64,000 bases of DNA. Source: Pseudomonadota bacterium. GTDB lineage: Bacteria; Bdellovibrionota; Bdellovibrionia; Bdellovibrionales; SG-bin7. The notes beneath the pieces are model-generated. The model ran no database searches. It was not told the DNA's origin and saw only the letters and a list, made by a program, of their open reading frames with translations. The stretch lies in the NCBI GenBank assembly GCA_034439715.1, contig JAWXAY010000043.1:18261-82260 (forward strand). The letters run 5' to 3'. Below are positions 1 through 9,169 of this stretch, piece by piece (position 1 is the first letter of the stretch; each line of letters starts with the position of its first letter). The position numbers and the translations under genes were made by a program.

Positions 1-264
1 CCCACTCAAGACTTAATTAGAGAACTTACGCAACGAGAGGTCAAATTCACTCTTGTGAATCCTATCGATAAAATAAAAAATCAGTTTTTAACTAAACAAA
101 ATGGCAAAGAATTGATTTTTGAAATTCCCTCAAGCCATCAGGTGGGGGAGCTTCTGTGTAGCTTGAATATTCCACTTCTTAATATTGCCGACATTAAAGT
201 CAGCGAAGGTACCCTCGAAGAAGCCTTTCGCAGAGTTTTAGAGGGGGGGAGCAGTTTTGCTTGA
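1..264 (+). CDS. C-terminal part of ABC transporter ATP-binding protein (5' end outside window)
   Basis: Frame is open from base 1 (PTQDLIRELTQREV...). Ends in the 'IKVSEGTLEEAF' tail typical of ABC-2 exporter ATPases and overlaps the downstream ABC-2 permease. Confidence 0.7.
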   Translation, partial: PTQDLIRELTQREVKFTLVNPIDKIKNQFLTKQNGKELIFEIPSSHQVGELLCSLNIPLLNIADIKVSEGTLEEAFRRVLEGGSSFA

Positions 265-1060
265 AACCCCCCACCGCGAATTAAATTGGACACCTTTTTA
301 TGCGCTGGTTTTGCGCGAAATAAGACGTTTTTTAAAGGTCGCCACTCAAACTGTCGTGATGCCTGTGGTGAATTCATCGCTCTATCTTTTAATTTTTGGC
401 GTGAGCTTGGGACAGCGACTCAGCGTGCAAACAGAAATCTCTTACTTGGCCTTTCTAATCCCGGGACTAGTAATGATGGCGGCTCTCAATAATGCGTTAA
501 TGAATTCTTCAAGTTCCATCATTATTGCTAAATTTAGTGGTGAGCTCGAAGACCTGCGGGTAGCGCCTCTCAGCCCTGAGAATATTTTGTGGGCGATGGC
601 AATTGGCGGGCTATTTAGAGGCTATGTGGTGGGTGGTATTACTTTTTTAGTGGGTTTAGCATTTTATCGTTTTTATGATGAGCAATGGTTAGTAATTTCT
701 CACCCCTTCGTGTTGGTTTATTTTTTAAGCGCCGGCTGCCTTGCCTTTGGCAAGATTGGGATTGCGGTGGCCTTATGGGCGAAAAATTTTGATCATGTCT
801 CTGCTGTCACGGCTTTTATTGTGATGCCTCTCTTATACTTAGGGGGAGTATTTTATTCGATAGAGAGTTTAAGTCCGTTTTGGCGAAGCGTGTCTCAATA
901 CAATCCCTTACTTTATATGATTAATGGTGTTCGTTACGGCGTTTTAGGCGTGAGCGATGTCAGTGTCGTAACTGCGGCGCTTGTCACACTGGGGGCTCTA
1001 GTGTTAAGTCATTTCTTGGCTAGATTTAGTCTCCGCACGGGTAGTTATCAACGCTGGTAG
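257..1060 (+). CDS. ABC-2 type exporter permease (YadH-like)
   Basis: About six hydrophobic segments; motifs REIRRF, YLAFLIPGL, LGGVFYS, NPLLYMINGVRYG. Confidence 0.9.
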   Translation: MLETPHRELNWTPFYALVLREIRRFLKVATQTVVMPVVNSSLYLLIFGVSLGQRLSVQTEISYLAFLIPGLVMMAALNNALMNSSSSIIIAKFSGELEDLRVAPLSPENILWAMAIGGLFRGYVVGGITFLVGLAFYRFYDEQWLVISHPFVLVYFLSAGCLAFGKIGIAVALWAKNFDHVSAVTAFIVMPLLYLGGVFYSIESLSPFWRSVSQYNPLLYMINGVRYGVLGVSDVSVVTAALVTLGALVLSHFLARFSLRTGSYQRW

Positions 1061-1083
1061 AAGGAATAAACAGGAGTTCAGAT

Positions 1084-2415
1084 ATGTTTGAGGGACTACA
1101 AAATAAATTACTCACAAGTCTTAAAAAACTAAGCGGGCAAAGCAAGATTAGCGAAAAAAATATTGATGAAACTTTGCGCGAGATTCGTCTTGCTCTGTTA
1201 GAAGCCGACGTCAATTTTAAGGTAGTTAAGATATTTCTCGATCAAGTTAAGGCCAAAGCACTTGGGGCGGAAGTCCTAGGAAGTCTCTCGGCGGGCCAAG
1301 CCTTTACTAAGATTGTGCACGATGAGCTAATAAGTCTTTTAGGAAATGAAACGCCTGAGCTTGATGTACGTGGAGAACCCGGGCTCATTTTTTTAGTGGG
1401 ATTGCAGGGGGCCGGTAAAACTACATCAGCGGCAAAGCTCGCACAATTTATTCGAAAAAAGTTTTCTAAAAGACCGGGCCTAGTTCCTGCCGATGTGTAT
1501 CGGCCGGCGGCCATTGAGCAGCTAAAAACTTTAGGCAAACAGTTGGATGTGCCAGTCTTTGATTCGAAAGCGACTGATAAGCCAGAGGATATTTTAGAAA
1601 GAGCCAAGGTTTGGGCCAAGCAAGAGATGATAGACGTTTTGATTCTCGATACGGCGGGTCGGCTGCAGATAGATGTCACTCTGATGAAGGAACTATCGCG
1701 GCTCAAAGCAATGGCCGCACCCAAAGAAATTCTTTTGGTCGTCGATGCCATGTTAGGGCAAGAGTCGGTTAATGTTGCTGAGGGGTTTAATAAAGAGCTT
1801 GGCATTACCGGACTTGTGCTTACAAAAATAGACGGCGATGCTCGTGGCGGGGCGGCACTTAGCATTCGTCATACCACTGGCATTCCCATCAAGTTTTTAG
1901 GTATTGGCGAAAAGCTCTCTGATTTTGAGGTTTTTCATCCGGACCGATTGGCTTCGCGAATTCTGGATATGGGAGATGTTTTAAGCCTGGTTGAAAAAGC
2001 GCAGGAGTTCGTCGATGAAAAATCGGCCATGGAACAAGCTAAGCGCTTGGCCAAAAGCAAATTTACCATGAATGATTTTTTATCGCAGATTCAAATGATG
2101 AAAAAAATGGGCGGCATGGGAAGTATTTTAAAAATGCTACCCGGAGCCGGACAGATGATGAAAAAAATGGAAGACATGACCGTGCCCGATAAAGAAATAA
2201 AAAAAGTCGAAGCCATTATTCATTCGATGACGCCTAAGGAACGCGCTAATCACAAAATTTTAAATGGCTCACGCCGCAAGCGTATTGCACAAGGTTCTGG
2301 CACTCAGCCAAGTGATATCAATAAATTCATCACACAGTTTGAGCAGGCTCAAAAAATGATGTCTCAAGTTATGAAAATGGGCTTTGGACGCGGTGGGATG
2401 AAACTACCTTTCTAA
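1084..2415 (+). CDS. ffh: Signal recognition particle protein Ffh
   Basis: LLEADV, GLQGAGKTT, DVYRPAA, DTAGR, TKIDGDARGG, Met-rich M domain with SMT and SRRKRIA; SD caggag. Confidence 0.99.
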   Translation: MFEGLQNKLLTSLKKLSGQSKISEKNIDETLREIRLALLEADVNFKVVKIFLDQVKAKALGAEVLGSLSAGQAFTKIVHDELISLLGNETPELDVRGEPGLIFLVGLQGAGKTTSAAKLAQFIRKKFSKRPGLVPADVYRPAAIEQLKTLGKQLDVPVFDSKATDKPEDILERAKVWAKQEMIDVLILDTAGRLQIDVTLMKELSRLKAMAAPKEILLVVDAMLGQESVNVAEGFNKELGITGLVLTKIDGDARGGAALSIRHTTGIPIKFLGIGEKLSDFEVFHPDRLASRILDMGDVLSLVEKAQEFVDEKSAMEQAKRLAKSKFTMNDFLSQIQMMKKMGGMGSILKMLPGAGQMMKKMEDMTVPDKEIKKVEAIIHSMTPKERANHKILNGSRRKRIAQGSGTQPSDINKFITQFEQAQKMMSQVMKMGFGRGGMKLPF

Positions 2416-2450
2416 TAAAGTTCTAACAAGTTCCACATGTGTTTCACATG
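2411..2450 (+). promoter_or_regulatory. Pho-box-like 11-bp-periodic direct repeats upstream of pstS
   Basis: TCTAATAA (2411) and TCTAACAA (2422), then TTCCACATG (2431) and TTTCACATG (2442); each pair is 11 nt apart, about 40 nt before the pstS start. Confidence 0.5.
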
Positions 2451-2490
2451 ATTCATGGGCACACTTTGTAAAACAACAAAGGAGATTTCG

Positions 2491-3393
2491 ATGTTAAGAA
2501 TGCTGACCCTCATGGTCCTTTCATTACTCTTTTTCCAAATGGCCCAAGCTGAAGTCGTTATACATATAGATGGCTCAAGTACAGTTTTTCCGATAACCGA
2601 AGCAGTTGCTGAAGAGTTTGGAATTAAAAATCCAAAAACAAAGATAACAGTAGGTGTCTCTGGAACCGGCGGCGGATTTAAAAAATTCTGTAATGGCGAA
2701 ATTGATATCAATGATGCCAGTCGGTTAATCAAAACTTTGGAAAGCGCTGATTGCCGGAAGAATAAAATAAGCTACGTAGAAATGCCTGTTGCTTATGATG
2801 GACTTTCTGTTGTCGTTAATTCACAAAACACTTGGGTAAACAGTTTAACCGTTGCCGAGTTAAAAAAAATCTGGGAACCAGATAGCAAAGTTAAAACCTG
2901 GAAAGACGTCAGATCCACTTGGCCCGACAGAAAAATTATTCTCTATGGCCCCGGCACAGATTCTGGAACCTTTGACTACTTTACCGAAGTGGTAAACGGC
3001 AAGGCTCAAGCAAGTCGTTCGGACTTTACAAAAAGTGAGGACGACAACGTTTTGGTTCAAGGTATCGTTGGAGACAAAGATGCCATGGGCTATTTTGGTC
3101 ACGCTTACTACGAGGCTAACAAAACAAAGCTCAAAGTTGTGCCCATTCAAGCAGAAGGTGGTAAAGCGATTACACCTACAACTGAGACAATAGCAAATGG
3201 CACCTACAAACCACTTTCTCGCATGATCTATATCTATGTGAGTGTGGCTGCGGGTAAAAAGAAAGAGGTCAGCAGTTTTATTGATTTCTACATGAAGAAT
3301 GCCGGCGCTTTAGTTAAAGACGTAGGATACATTTCTTTGGAAAATAAAAAATACGAAACGGCGCTCAGCGAATTTAACAAAAGAATAAAATAG
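2491..3393 (+). CDS. pstS: Phosphate-binding periplasmic protein PstS
   Basis: Signal peptide (AQA); IDGSSTVFPI, SGTGGGFKKFC, DSGTFDYF, YKPLSR motifs. Start moved to ATG 2491 after SD aaggag. Confidence 0.95.
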   Translation: MLRMLTLMVLSLLFFQMAQAEVVIHIDGSSTVFPITEAVAEEFGIKNPKTKITVGVSGTGGGFKKFCNGEIDINDASRLIKTLESADCRKNKISYVEMPVAYDGLSVVVNSQNTWVNSLTVAELKKIWEPDSKVKTWKDVRSTWPDRKIILYGPGTDSGTFDYFTEVVNGKAQASRSDFTKSEDDNVLVQGIVGDKDAMGYFGHAYYEANKTKLKVVPIQAEGGKAITPTTETIANGTYKPLSRMIYIYVSVAAGKKKEVSSFIDFYMKNAGALVKDVGYISLENKKYETALSEFNKRIK

Positions 3394-3415
3394 GAACACC
3401 ATTGGAGAAAAGAAA

Positions 3416-3760
3416 ATGAAAGTTATTAAAGTTTTATTTACTTTAGGTTTTTTAGTTAGCCTCGGATGCGCCAAAGACGGTATTCCAATATTGGGCCTTG
3501 ACGGTGACGGTAAGGTGAGTGAGTTTTTTATAGGAGAGAAAGATTTTAAGGAAAATATGACCGGGCTTATAGATTCGGTCAATAAGTCCACGATTAAAGT
3601 GTTAGAGGAGAAAGAAGCCAAACCTTTTATGCTAAGAACAGTTGTTGTCGGTGTCGGATTAAAATTTGAAGCTGGCTTTGGTCCGTTTGCTAAAGCAAGT
3701 GCTGAGCCAAAAGTGAGATTTGTTTTTTCAAACGTCGCTAAAGACGTTCCGATGCCCTAA
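3416..3760 (+). CDS. Hypothetical lipoprotein with one helix + beta-hairpin unit
   Basis: SD ggag; lipobox SLGC; C-terminal hairpin FMLRTVVVGVGLKFEAGFGPFAKASAEPKVRFVFSN. Confidence 0.8.
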   Translation: MKVIKVLFTLGFLVSLGCAKDGIPILGLDGDGKVSEFFIGEKDFKENMTGLIDSVNKSTIKVLEEKEAKPFMLRTVVVGVGLKFEAGFGPFAKASAEPKVRFVFSNVAKDVPMP

Positions 3761-3780
3761 CTAAAATGAAGGAGAATATG

Positions 3781-5064
3781 ATGAAAATATTATTAATAGT
3801 TCTTATGTCTCAGGTTTGGCTAGCAGCGGATGCGCAGGCTACTCTGACGGGTTATGTGCCCAGCTCTTGGTATGTCCTAGATCAGGGGCCCAGCCTTATC
3901 GAAGATGGTGATTTGGTAAAATTCGAAAGTACTCTACAAAAAATATTTAAAAGCCAAAGCGATGCTCTCGAGGGTTCGAACTCAGGACTTTCAGAAAAAA
4001 TCAGCGCTGAAAAAAAACCCAAAGATTGGGTGCCTTGGCGCCTACACTCTTACATTACAGAATTGGCGTTGAGTGCCTCAGGCACCATAGGCGTTTTGGG
4101 AATTGGTGGTACAGCGTACAGCCAAATTTATTGGCAGAAAAAGGAAGCCACAGAAAATGTCAACACTGATGAAAACCAACCCATTGAGAGCTTTTCCGGG
4201 CTGACTTTTGCCTTTGATGGAAGCATGGGTCCCGAAAAATGGGATTTTGAAATTGCGAGAATTACTAATGCGGTGCTGTCCCTCGGTCGTATTGAGGATG
4301 AAAAGAATTTTAGTAAAAATCTGAAAACTGAAATACTTAAATTTAAAGAACGAGCTAATGCTGTCAGTTTTCACAATGAAAGTTCGAGCTTTTGGGTTTC
4401 ACGCTATCGCCTAGATCTTAATATAGGAGCCTCAGGCAATGTGAGTTTTGGTACAGCTGGTGGTGACGTCAACTTAAGACTTGAATGGTACCGAGCCAAA
4501 CAAAAAACACCCGGTTTTGTTTCGCGAGAATTAACTGCTGAGAGCGAAAAAATCAGAGATTTTATTCTCACACTAGCTAGTGACCTGTCGACCTCTCTCG
4601 ACGACCAAACTATTTTGCCAGGGAATTTTGTGGTTAACGAGTTTCGTGTGGGCTTAGGCATTGGTTTAAAGGGGGATGCAGGTATAGCAAAAATTGAAGG
4701 TAAAATGATTGGACACATTTACTTTAGCCGAAAAATTTCGAAGAAAAGTTTTGTTAATAGTGATTTATATCTCACAAAAACCACCCCAGCCTCGCGTAAC
4801 ATAAAAATTATTGAGGACTCTAATGGTTTTATGGGCGTGAGCGATACCTTTGAAGTAGATCGGGAAATCTTTAAGGATGGCCTCAAAAAGGCATTAAAGA
4901 TCAGTTCTTTTTTAACTCGAATTTCAGGTAGTAGCCAAAGTGACAAATGGGCCATTTCAAAAGCCAAGGTTGGCTTCGACATGTCTCTTAAGGGTGACAT
5001 AGCTATCGCTGCTATTACTGGTACTGTGGCAACTGAATTTGTATTAACAAATCTTAACTTTTAA
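3781..5064 (+). CDS. Hypothetical exported protein with four helix + beta-hairpin repeats
   Basis: SD aaggag; signal peptide ending AQA; four ungapped 35-aa repeats with invariant Gly16 and Gly25; terminal Phe. Confidence 0.85.
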   Translation: MKILLIVLMSQVWLAADAQATLTGYVPSSWYVLDQGPSLIEDGDLVKFESTLQKIFKSQSDALEGSNSGLSEKISAEKKPKDWVPWRLHSYITELALSASGTIGVLGIGGTAYSQIYWQKKEATENVNTDENQPIESFSGLTFAFDGSMGPEKWDFEIARITNAVLSLGRIEDEKNFSKNLKTEILKFKERANAVSFHNESSSFWVSRYRLDLNIGASGNVSFGTAGGDVNLRLEWYRAKQKTPGFVSRELTAESEKIRDFILTLASDLSTSLDDQTILPGNFVVNEFRVGLGIGLKGDAGIAKIEGKMIGHIYFSRKISKKSFVNSDLYLTKTTPASRNIKIIEDSNGFMGVSDTFEVDREIFKDGLKKALKISSFLTRISGSSQSDKWAISKAKVGFDMSLKGDIAIAAITGTVATEFVLTNLNF

Positions 5065-5076
5065 GCGGGAGAAAAG

Positions 5077-5397
5077 ATGACGAAAACTTTAATTGTAGTT
5101 TTAAGCCTAATATTTGGGGCACAAAGCTGGGCGGGCACTGGTTCTTATTCTGAGCTTAATATGGATAAGTTTAGTAATTTCTTAAGAGATAATATTAACT
5201 CAGCCGAGTCCGCTCTTAACGAAAATTTGCTTGAAGGTGAGTCAGATGAGATGAATTACTTTAGGCGCTTTATGGTGAGACTTAAGGGCCGTTTTGGCAT
5301 TGAGGTGCCTTGGATTGCGAGCTTCACCATTAACCCCGAAGTAGAATTGGTATTTATTCGCGAATACCCCGAAGGATGGGAAACATATAAACCCTAA
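5077..5397 (+). CDS. Hypothetical exported protein with one helix + beta-hairpin unit
   Basis: SD gggag; signal peptide ending SWA; hairpin YFRRFMVRLKGRFGIEVPWIASFTINPEVELVFIR. Confidence 0.8.
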   Translation: MTKTLIVVLSLIFGAQSWAGTGSYSELNMDKFSNFLRDNINSAESALNENLLEGESDEMNYFRRFMVRLKGRFGIEVPWIASFTINPEVELVFIREYPEGWETYKP

Positions 5398-5502
5398 TAA
5401 TGTAATGCGTTAATTGCGATTGGGCCTCTTACCTTATTCTTGCTCTCCGATATTTAAAAGTGTAAATCCCTAAAGGTTAGAGGTCTGTTTTTTGGAGGAT
5501 TC

Positions 5503-5763
5503 ATGGCTGTTGTTATTAGATTAGCTCGTTTTGGAAGACCGCATAAACCACATTACCGCGTTACTGTCGCGGATCATAAAGCGAAACTTAAAGGAAGATT
5601 TATTGAAATCGTTGGTCAATTTGATCCTGCGCCAAAAGGAAAAGCCTTAGGTGTAAACCTAAACATGGAGCGGATAAAATATTGGCTAGGCGTTGGAGCG
5701 CAGCCCTCTGACACCGTCCGAGACCTTATTCGCAAAGCCGAAAAAGCATCACCTACTAACTAA
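5503..5763 (+). CDS. rpsP: 30S ribosomal protein S16
   Basis: MAVVIRLARFG, GRFIEIVG, WLGVGAQPSDTV; SD ggagg. Confidence 0.98.
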   Translation: MAVVIRLARFGRPHKPHYRVTVADHKAKLKGRFIEIVGQFDPAPKGKALGVNLNMERIKYWLGVGAQPSDTVRDLIRKAEKASPTN

Positions 5764-5812
5764 TCTATTTAAAAATTGAGAGAATTATAAAAGTTGAAGC
5801 GGAGAGGTAATA

Positions 5813-6058
5813 ATGGACCATACAAACTTAAGAGATCTCGTTGAATTTATGGCTAAGGCATTAGTAGATTTGCCCGATGAAGTTGAGGTCAATGAGATCC
5901 AAGGTGAACAAACCACTGTAGTTGAACTTAAAGTTGCTAAAACTGATCTAGGTAAGGTCATAGGCAAAAAAGGCAAAACTGCCCATTCAATGCGAACTAT
6001 CCTAAATGCTGCAAGCACCAAGCTTAAAAAACGTAGCGTTCTAGAAATCGTTGAATAA
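5813..6058 (+). CDS. khpA: KH-domain RNA-binding protein KhpA
   Basis: DLGKVIGKKGKTA GxxG KH motif; canonical position between rpsP and rimM. Confidence 0.95.
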   Translation: MDHTNLRDLVEFMAKALVDLPDEVEVNEIQGEQTTVVELKVAKTDLGKVIGKKGKTAHSMRTILNAASTKLKKRSVLEIVE

Positions 6059-6094
6059 AATTTAAGTAAGGGATAAAACTATTTTTATTCCACT

Positions 6095-6619
6095 ATGACG
6101 CAAAACAGCTTTTTTACATTAGGCTATATCAAACACGCTCACGGCATTCGTGGAGAGGTGTTCGTATCATTTTTAATCAATGATGAAAATCTTTTAGATC
6201 TGGTATTTGAAAACGGCATTACTTTAAGAAAAGGGACCGTCCAAAAACACTATGCTATTGAAGAAATGAAGCCCCATAAGGATGGTTTTATCCTTTCGCT
6301 CGAGGGGATATTGGATCGAAATAAGGCTGAACTTCTAAAAGGATTTGAGTGGATCTATCCCGGCGATTATTTCACTTCGGCGCCGGGCGAAAATATTTAT
6401 CTTCATGAAATTTTAGGTTTCGAAGTCTGGGATAAAAACAAAAGGGTGGGGATTATCAAAAGCTTTGGTTCGAGCAAATTTCAGGACTTACTCATGGTCG
6501 AGGATGAGTTGGGAATTAAATACGATATTCCGCTCGTAAAGAATTTCATAAAGGATATTAATTTTGTCGAAAAAAAAATCGTCATGGATTTACCGAGTGG
6601 GATGACCCATGAAGTTTAG
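6095..6619 (+). CDS. rimM: Ribosome maturation factor RimM
   Basis: AHGIRGEV, DRNKAELLKG, PRC-barrel C-terminus; synteny. Confidence 0.95.
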   Translation: MTQNSFFTLGYIKHAHGIRGEVFVSFLINDENLLDLVFENGITLRKGTVQKHYAIEEMKPHKDGFILSLEGILDRNKAELLKGFEWIYPGDYFTSAPGENIYLHEILGFEVWDKNKRVGIIKSFGSSKFQDLLMVEDELGIKYDIPLVKNFIKDINFVEKKIVMDLPSGMTHEV

Positions 6620-7412
6620 CATTCTTACTATTTTTCCACAAATGTTTGAGTCGTTTTTGAAGTTCGGCCTAGTTGGTCAAGCTTTTAACAAAAACTTAGT
6701 CGATTTTGAGTTTTTTGATTTAAGAGAGTATGTCGACAACAATTACAAGAGTGTGGATGATCGTCCCTTTGGCGGTGGTGATGGAATGGTGTTGCAGGCA
6801 GCACCCATAAAATCTGCTTTGGCTAAAGCTAAAGAGAAGGTCTCAAACAAAAAAACATTGGTTGTCTGTTTGTCAGCCCAGGGTAAAAAACTTAATCAAG
6901 AAATGGTTCATGAATTCGGCCAATATGAAAATTTGATTTTGCTATGTGGTCGCTACGGTGGAATTGATCAGAGAGTCATCAATGAATGCGTGGACCGGGA
7001 AGTATCAATAGGTGATTATATTTTAAACGGTGGCGAGAGCGCGGCACTGGTTTTGATAGATGCGGTCTCGAGAACTATTCCGGGTGTACTTGGCAATGAA
7101 GACTCTGTTAAATATGACAGTTTCGAAAATGGCCTGCTAGAAGGGCCCATTTTTACCAGACCCCGTGAAATCTTAGGGCAGGTGGTGCCCGAAATCCTCT
7201 TAAGTGGAGATCATAAAAAAATTAAAAAGTGGAAATACTCTTTAGCTTTGGTAGTGACGGCATTGCGCCGACCTGAGCTTGCAAGTATGGTTTTAAAGCA
7301 AGATATCGTAAAAGCGGCCAACGAAATTTTGAGTCTGAGCGAGAATGAAATTAGGGCCTGCGGTATCGAACCTCGCGAATTAAACGAGCTCACCCGGACT
7401 CTAGAGCTATGA
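6609..7412 (+). CDS. trmD: tRNA (guanine-N1)-methyltransferase TrmD
   Basis: VDDRPFGGGDGMV, LCGRYGGIDQRV, SIGDYILNGGE, LLSGDH. Confidence 0.98.
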   Translation: MKFSILTIFPQMFESFLKFGLVGQAFNKNLVDFEFFDLREYVDNNYKSVDDRPFGGGDGMVLQAAPIKSALAKAKEKVSNKKTLVVCLSAQGKKLNQEMVHEFGQYENLILLCGRYGGIDQRVINECVDREVSIGDYILNGGESAALVLIDAVSRTIPGVLGNEDSVKYDSFENGLLEGPIFTRPREILGQVVPEILLSGDHKKIKKWKYSLALVVTALRRPELASMVLKQDIVKAANEILSLSENEIRACGIEPRELNELTRTLEL

Positions 7413-7993
7413 GTATGAGTATAAGACTGTCACTTGGATTGGTTCATCACCCTGTCGTTGATCGCTTAGGCACAACCGTCGCAACCAATGTTACTAATTA
7501 TGATATTCACGATATTGCTCGCGCCTGCCAGGTTTTTGGAGTGACTAATTACTATATAATCACGCCGATGAAGGAGCAGCTATCTTTTGTAGCAAGAGTC
7601 TTAGAACATTGGAATGTTGGGTACGGTGCCAAATTTAACCCAATGCGGCGAACAGCTTTATCACCGGTAAAGACAGTAGAAAGCATCGAGGAAGCCATTA
7701 GGGACTGGGGTGCCAACACCTGTGTTATCGGCACTAGTGCGCGCGAAGTGTGTGCTGAGAAACTTATAGGTTTCAACCAGTTAAAGTCTAAACTTAATGA
7801 AGTAAATCAAAGAAAAGACCAACAGTCTTATATGTTGCTCTTTGGAACTGGATTTGGCTTACACGAAAGTGTTCTCAAGCGCTGTGATTTAGTATTGGAA
7901 CCCATTAGGGGGCGGCCCCCCAAAGACTACCGCCATCTTTCGGTGAGATCCGCTGTAAGTATCTGTCTTGACCGACTTTTGGGGACGTGGTAA
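7409..7993 (+). CDS. SPOUT-class RNA methyltransferase (TrmD-associated, DUF2168-like)
   Basis: LVHHPV, TNYDIHDIAR, LLFGTGFGL, YRHLSVRSAVSICLDRL; ATGA overlap with trmD. Confidence 0.9.
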   Translation: MSMSIRLSLGLVHHPVVDRLGTTVATNVTNYDIHDIARACQVFGVTNYYIITPMKEQLSFVARVLEHWNVGYGAKFNPMRRTALSPVKTVESIEEAIRDWGANTCVIGTSAREVCAEKLIGFNQLKSKLNEVNQRKDQQSYMLLFGTGFGLHESVLKRCDLVLEPIRGRPPKDYRHLSVRSAVSICLDRLLGTW

Positions 7994-8048
7994 CAAATTT
8001 CTCTAGTTCATTTTTTTGGCTCGAAACTCTTTAAGAAGGACTTCATCT

Positions 8049-8540
8049 ATGGCCGACATTATACAAGAAATCACACTCAAGCGACATAAAGAACAATTCA
8101 AAAAGAAAACGACAAAAGAAAAATTTAATGTGGGTGATACTATTACCGTTTCTGCCAAAGTTCGTGAAGGCGAAAAGGAACGTATTCAAGCCTTTCGTGG
8201 TATTGTGATTAAGATACAGGGCATGGGAATGGGTCGTTCATTTACTGTTAGAAAAGTTTCAGCGGGTGTTGGTGTTGAAAGAACATTTCCCGTAAATTGT
8301 CCCTCTGTTGACGATGTAAAAGTTGAGACAAAAGGTAGTGTTCGCCGGGCGCGATTATTTTTCTTGAGAGAGTTAAAAGGTAAAGCGGCTCGAGTGAATT
8401 CAAAACTAGCTAAATCAATGGGTATTGATACTAAAACAATCGAAATGCAAGAAGCGGGAATTCACCCGGTTGAAGCTGAGTCTACTACTGCAACTGAAAC
8501 ACCTTCGACTCCGCCGCCTTCTTCTACAAAAAAATCTTGA
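8049..8540 (+). CDS. rplS: 50S ribosomal protein L19 with C-terminal extension
   Basis: [43 protein letters not shown]; start at ATG 8049 after aagga. Confidence 0.97.
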   Translation: MADIIQEITLKRHKEQFKKKTTKEKFNVGDTITVSAKVREGEKERIQAFRGIVIKIQGMGMGRSFTVRKVSAGVGVERTFPVNCPSVDDVKVETKGSVRRARLFFLRELKGKAARVNSKLAKSMGIDTKTIEMQEAGIHPVEAESTTATETPSTPPPSSTKKS

Positions 8541-9169
8541 TTTCTAAAAAGTTAACAACAATTGACTGGCAGGGGTTAACTCCACAGCCAGTAATTGGCG
8601 TTGATGAGGTTGGACGTGGGTGTTTGGCTGGGCCAGTCTATGCGGCCGCTGTGGTATTAAATCCTCATAACGAAATTTTAAAATACAGAGATTCGAAATT
8701 ATTGTCCGAAGTTCGGCGAGAGGAATGGGCCGAGCACATTATTACTCACCACCAGAGTGCCGTGGGAATTGCAACGGTTGAAGAAATCGATCGGTTAAAT
8801 ATTTTGCAAGCGTCGCTTCTGGCCATGAAGAGAGCCGTTGAAAGTTTGGAGATCTTAGCAGGCTTAGTCATGGTTGATGGGAATCAGTCTATCCCTGGCT
8901 TAGGCTTTAAACAAATGACGGTTATTAAAGGGGACCAGCGGGTATTACCCATAGCCGCGGCCTCTATCGTGGCGAAAGTTGCCCGAGATAAATTTATGAA
9001 GGAGCTGGGAACTAGATTTCCAGAGTATCAGTTTGAAAAACATAAAGGCTACGGTACGGAAGTTCATCAAACCGCGATTAAAATTTATGGCCCTACAGAA
9101 TTTCACCGCAGGTATTTTAGGGGCGTGCGCGAGCAATATGAAAGACAAGCGGCACCTCACAGGCTATAA
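8537..9169 (+). CDS. rnhB: Ribonuclease HII
   Basis: [39 protein letters not shown]. Confidence 0.98.
   Translation: MISKKLTTIDWQGLTPQPVIGVDEVGRGCLAGPVYAAAVVLNPHNEILKYRDSKLLSEVRREEWAEHIITHHQSAVGIATVEEIDRLNILQASLLAMKRAVESLEILAGLVMVDGNQSIPGLGFKQMTVIKGDQRVLPIAAASIVAKVARDKFMKELGTRFPEYQFEKHKGYGTEVHQTAIKIYGPTEFHRRYFRGVREQYERQAAPHRL

Noticed and set aside
1242..1865. 207-aa antisense ORF within ffh, and similar shadow ORFs inside pyk, the RND gene, guaB, dnaE and the kinases
   Set aside because: They lie opposite well-conserved genes, are Ser/Pro-rich mirror translations and have no motifs.
3416..5397. Calling the hairpin genes a Trypco/Pepco anti-phage system
   Set aside because: No trypsin, caspase or NTPase gene is adjacent and all three proteins have export signals; only the unit-level resemblance is kept.
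9033..9137. Extended N-terminus of the YraN ORF
   Set aside because: It overlaps rnhB heavily; ATG 9138 gives a normal-length YraN.
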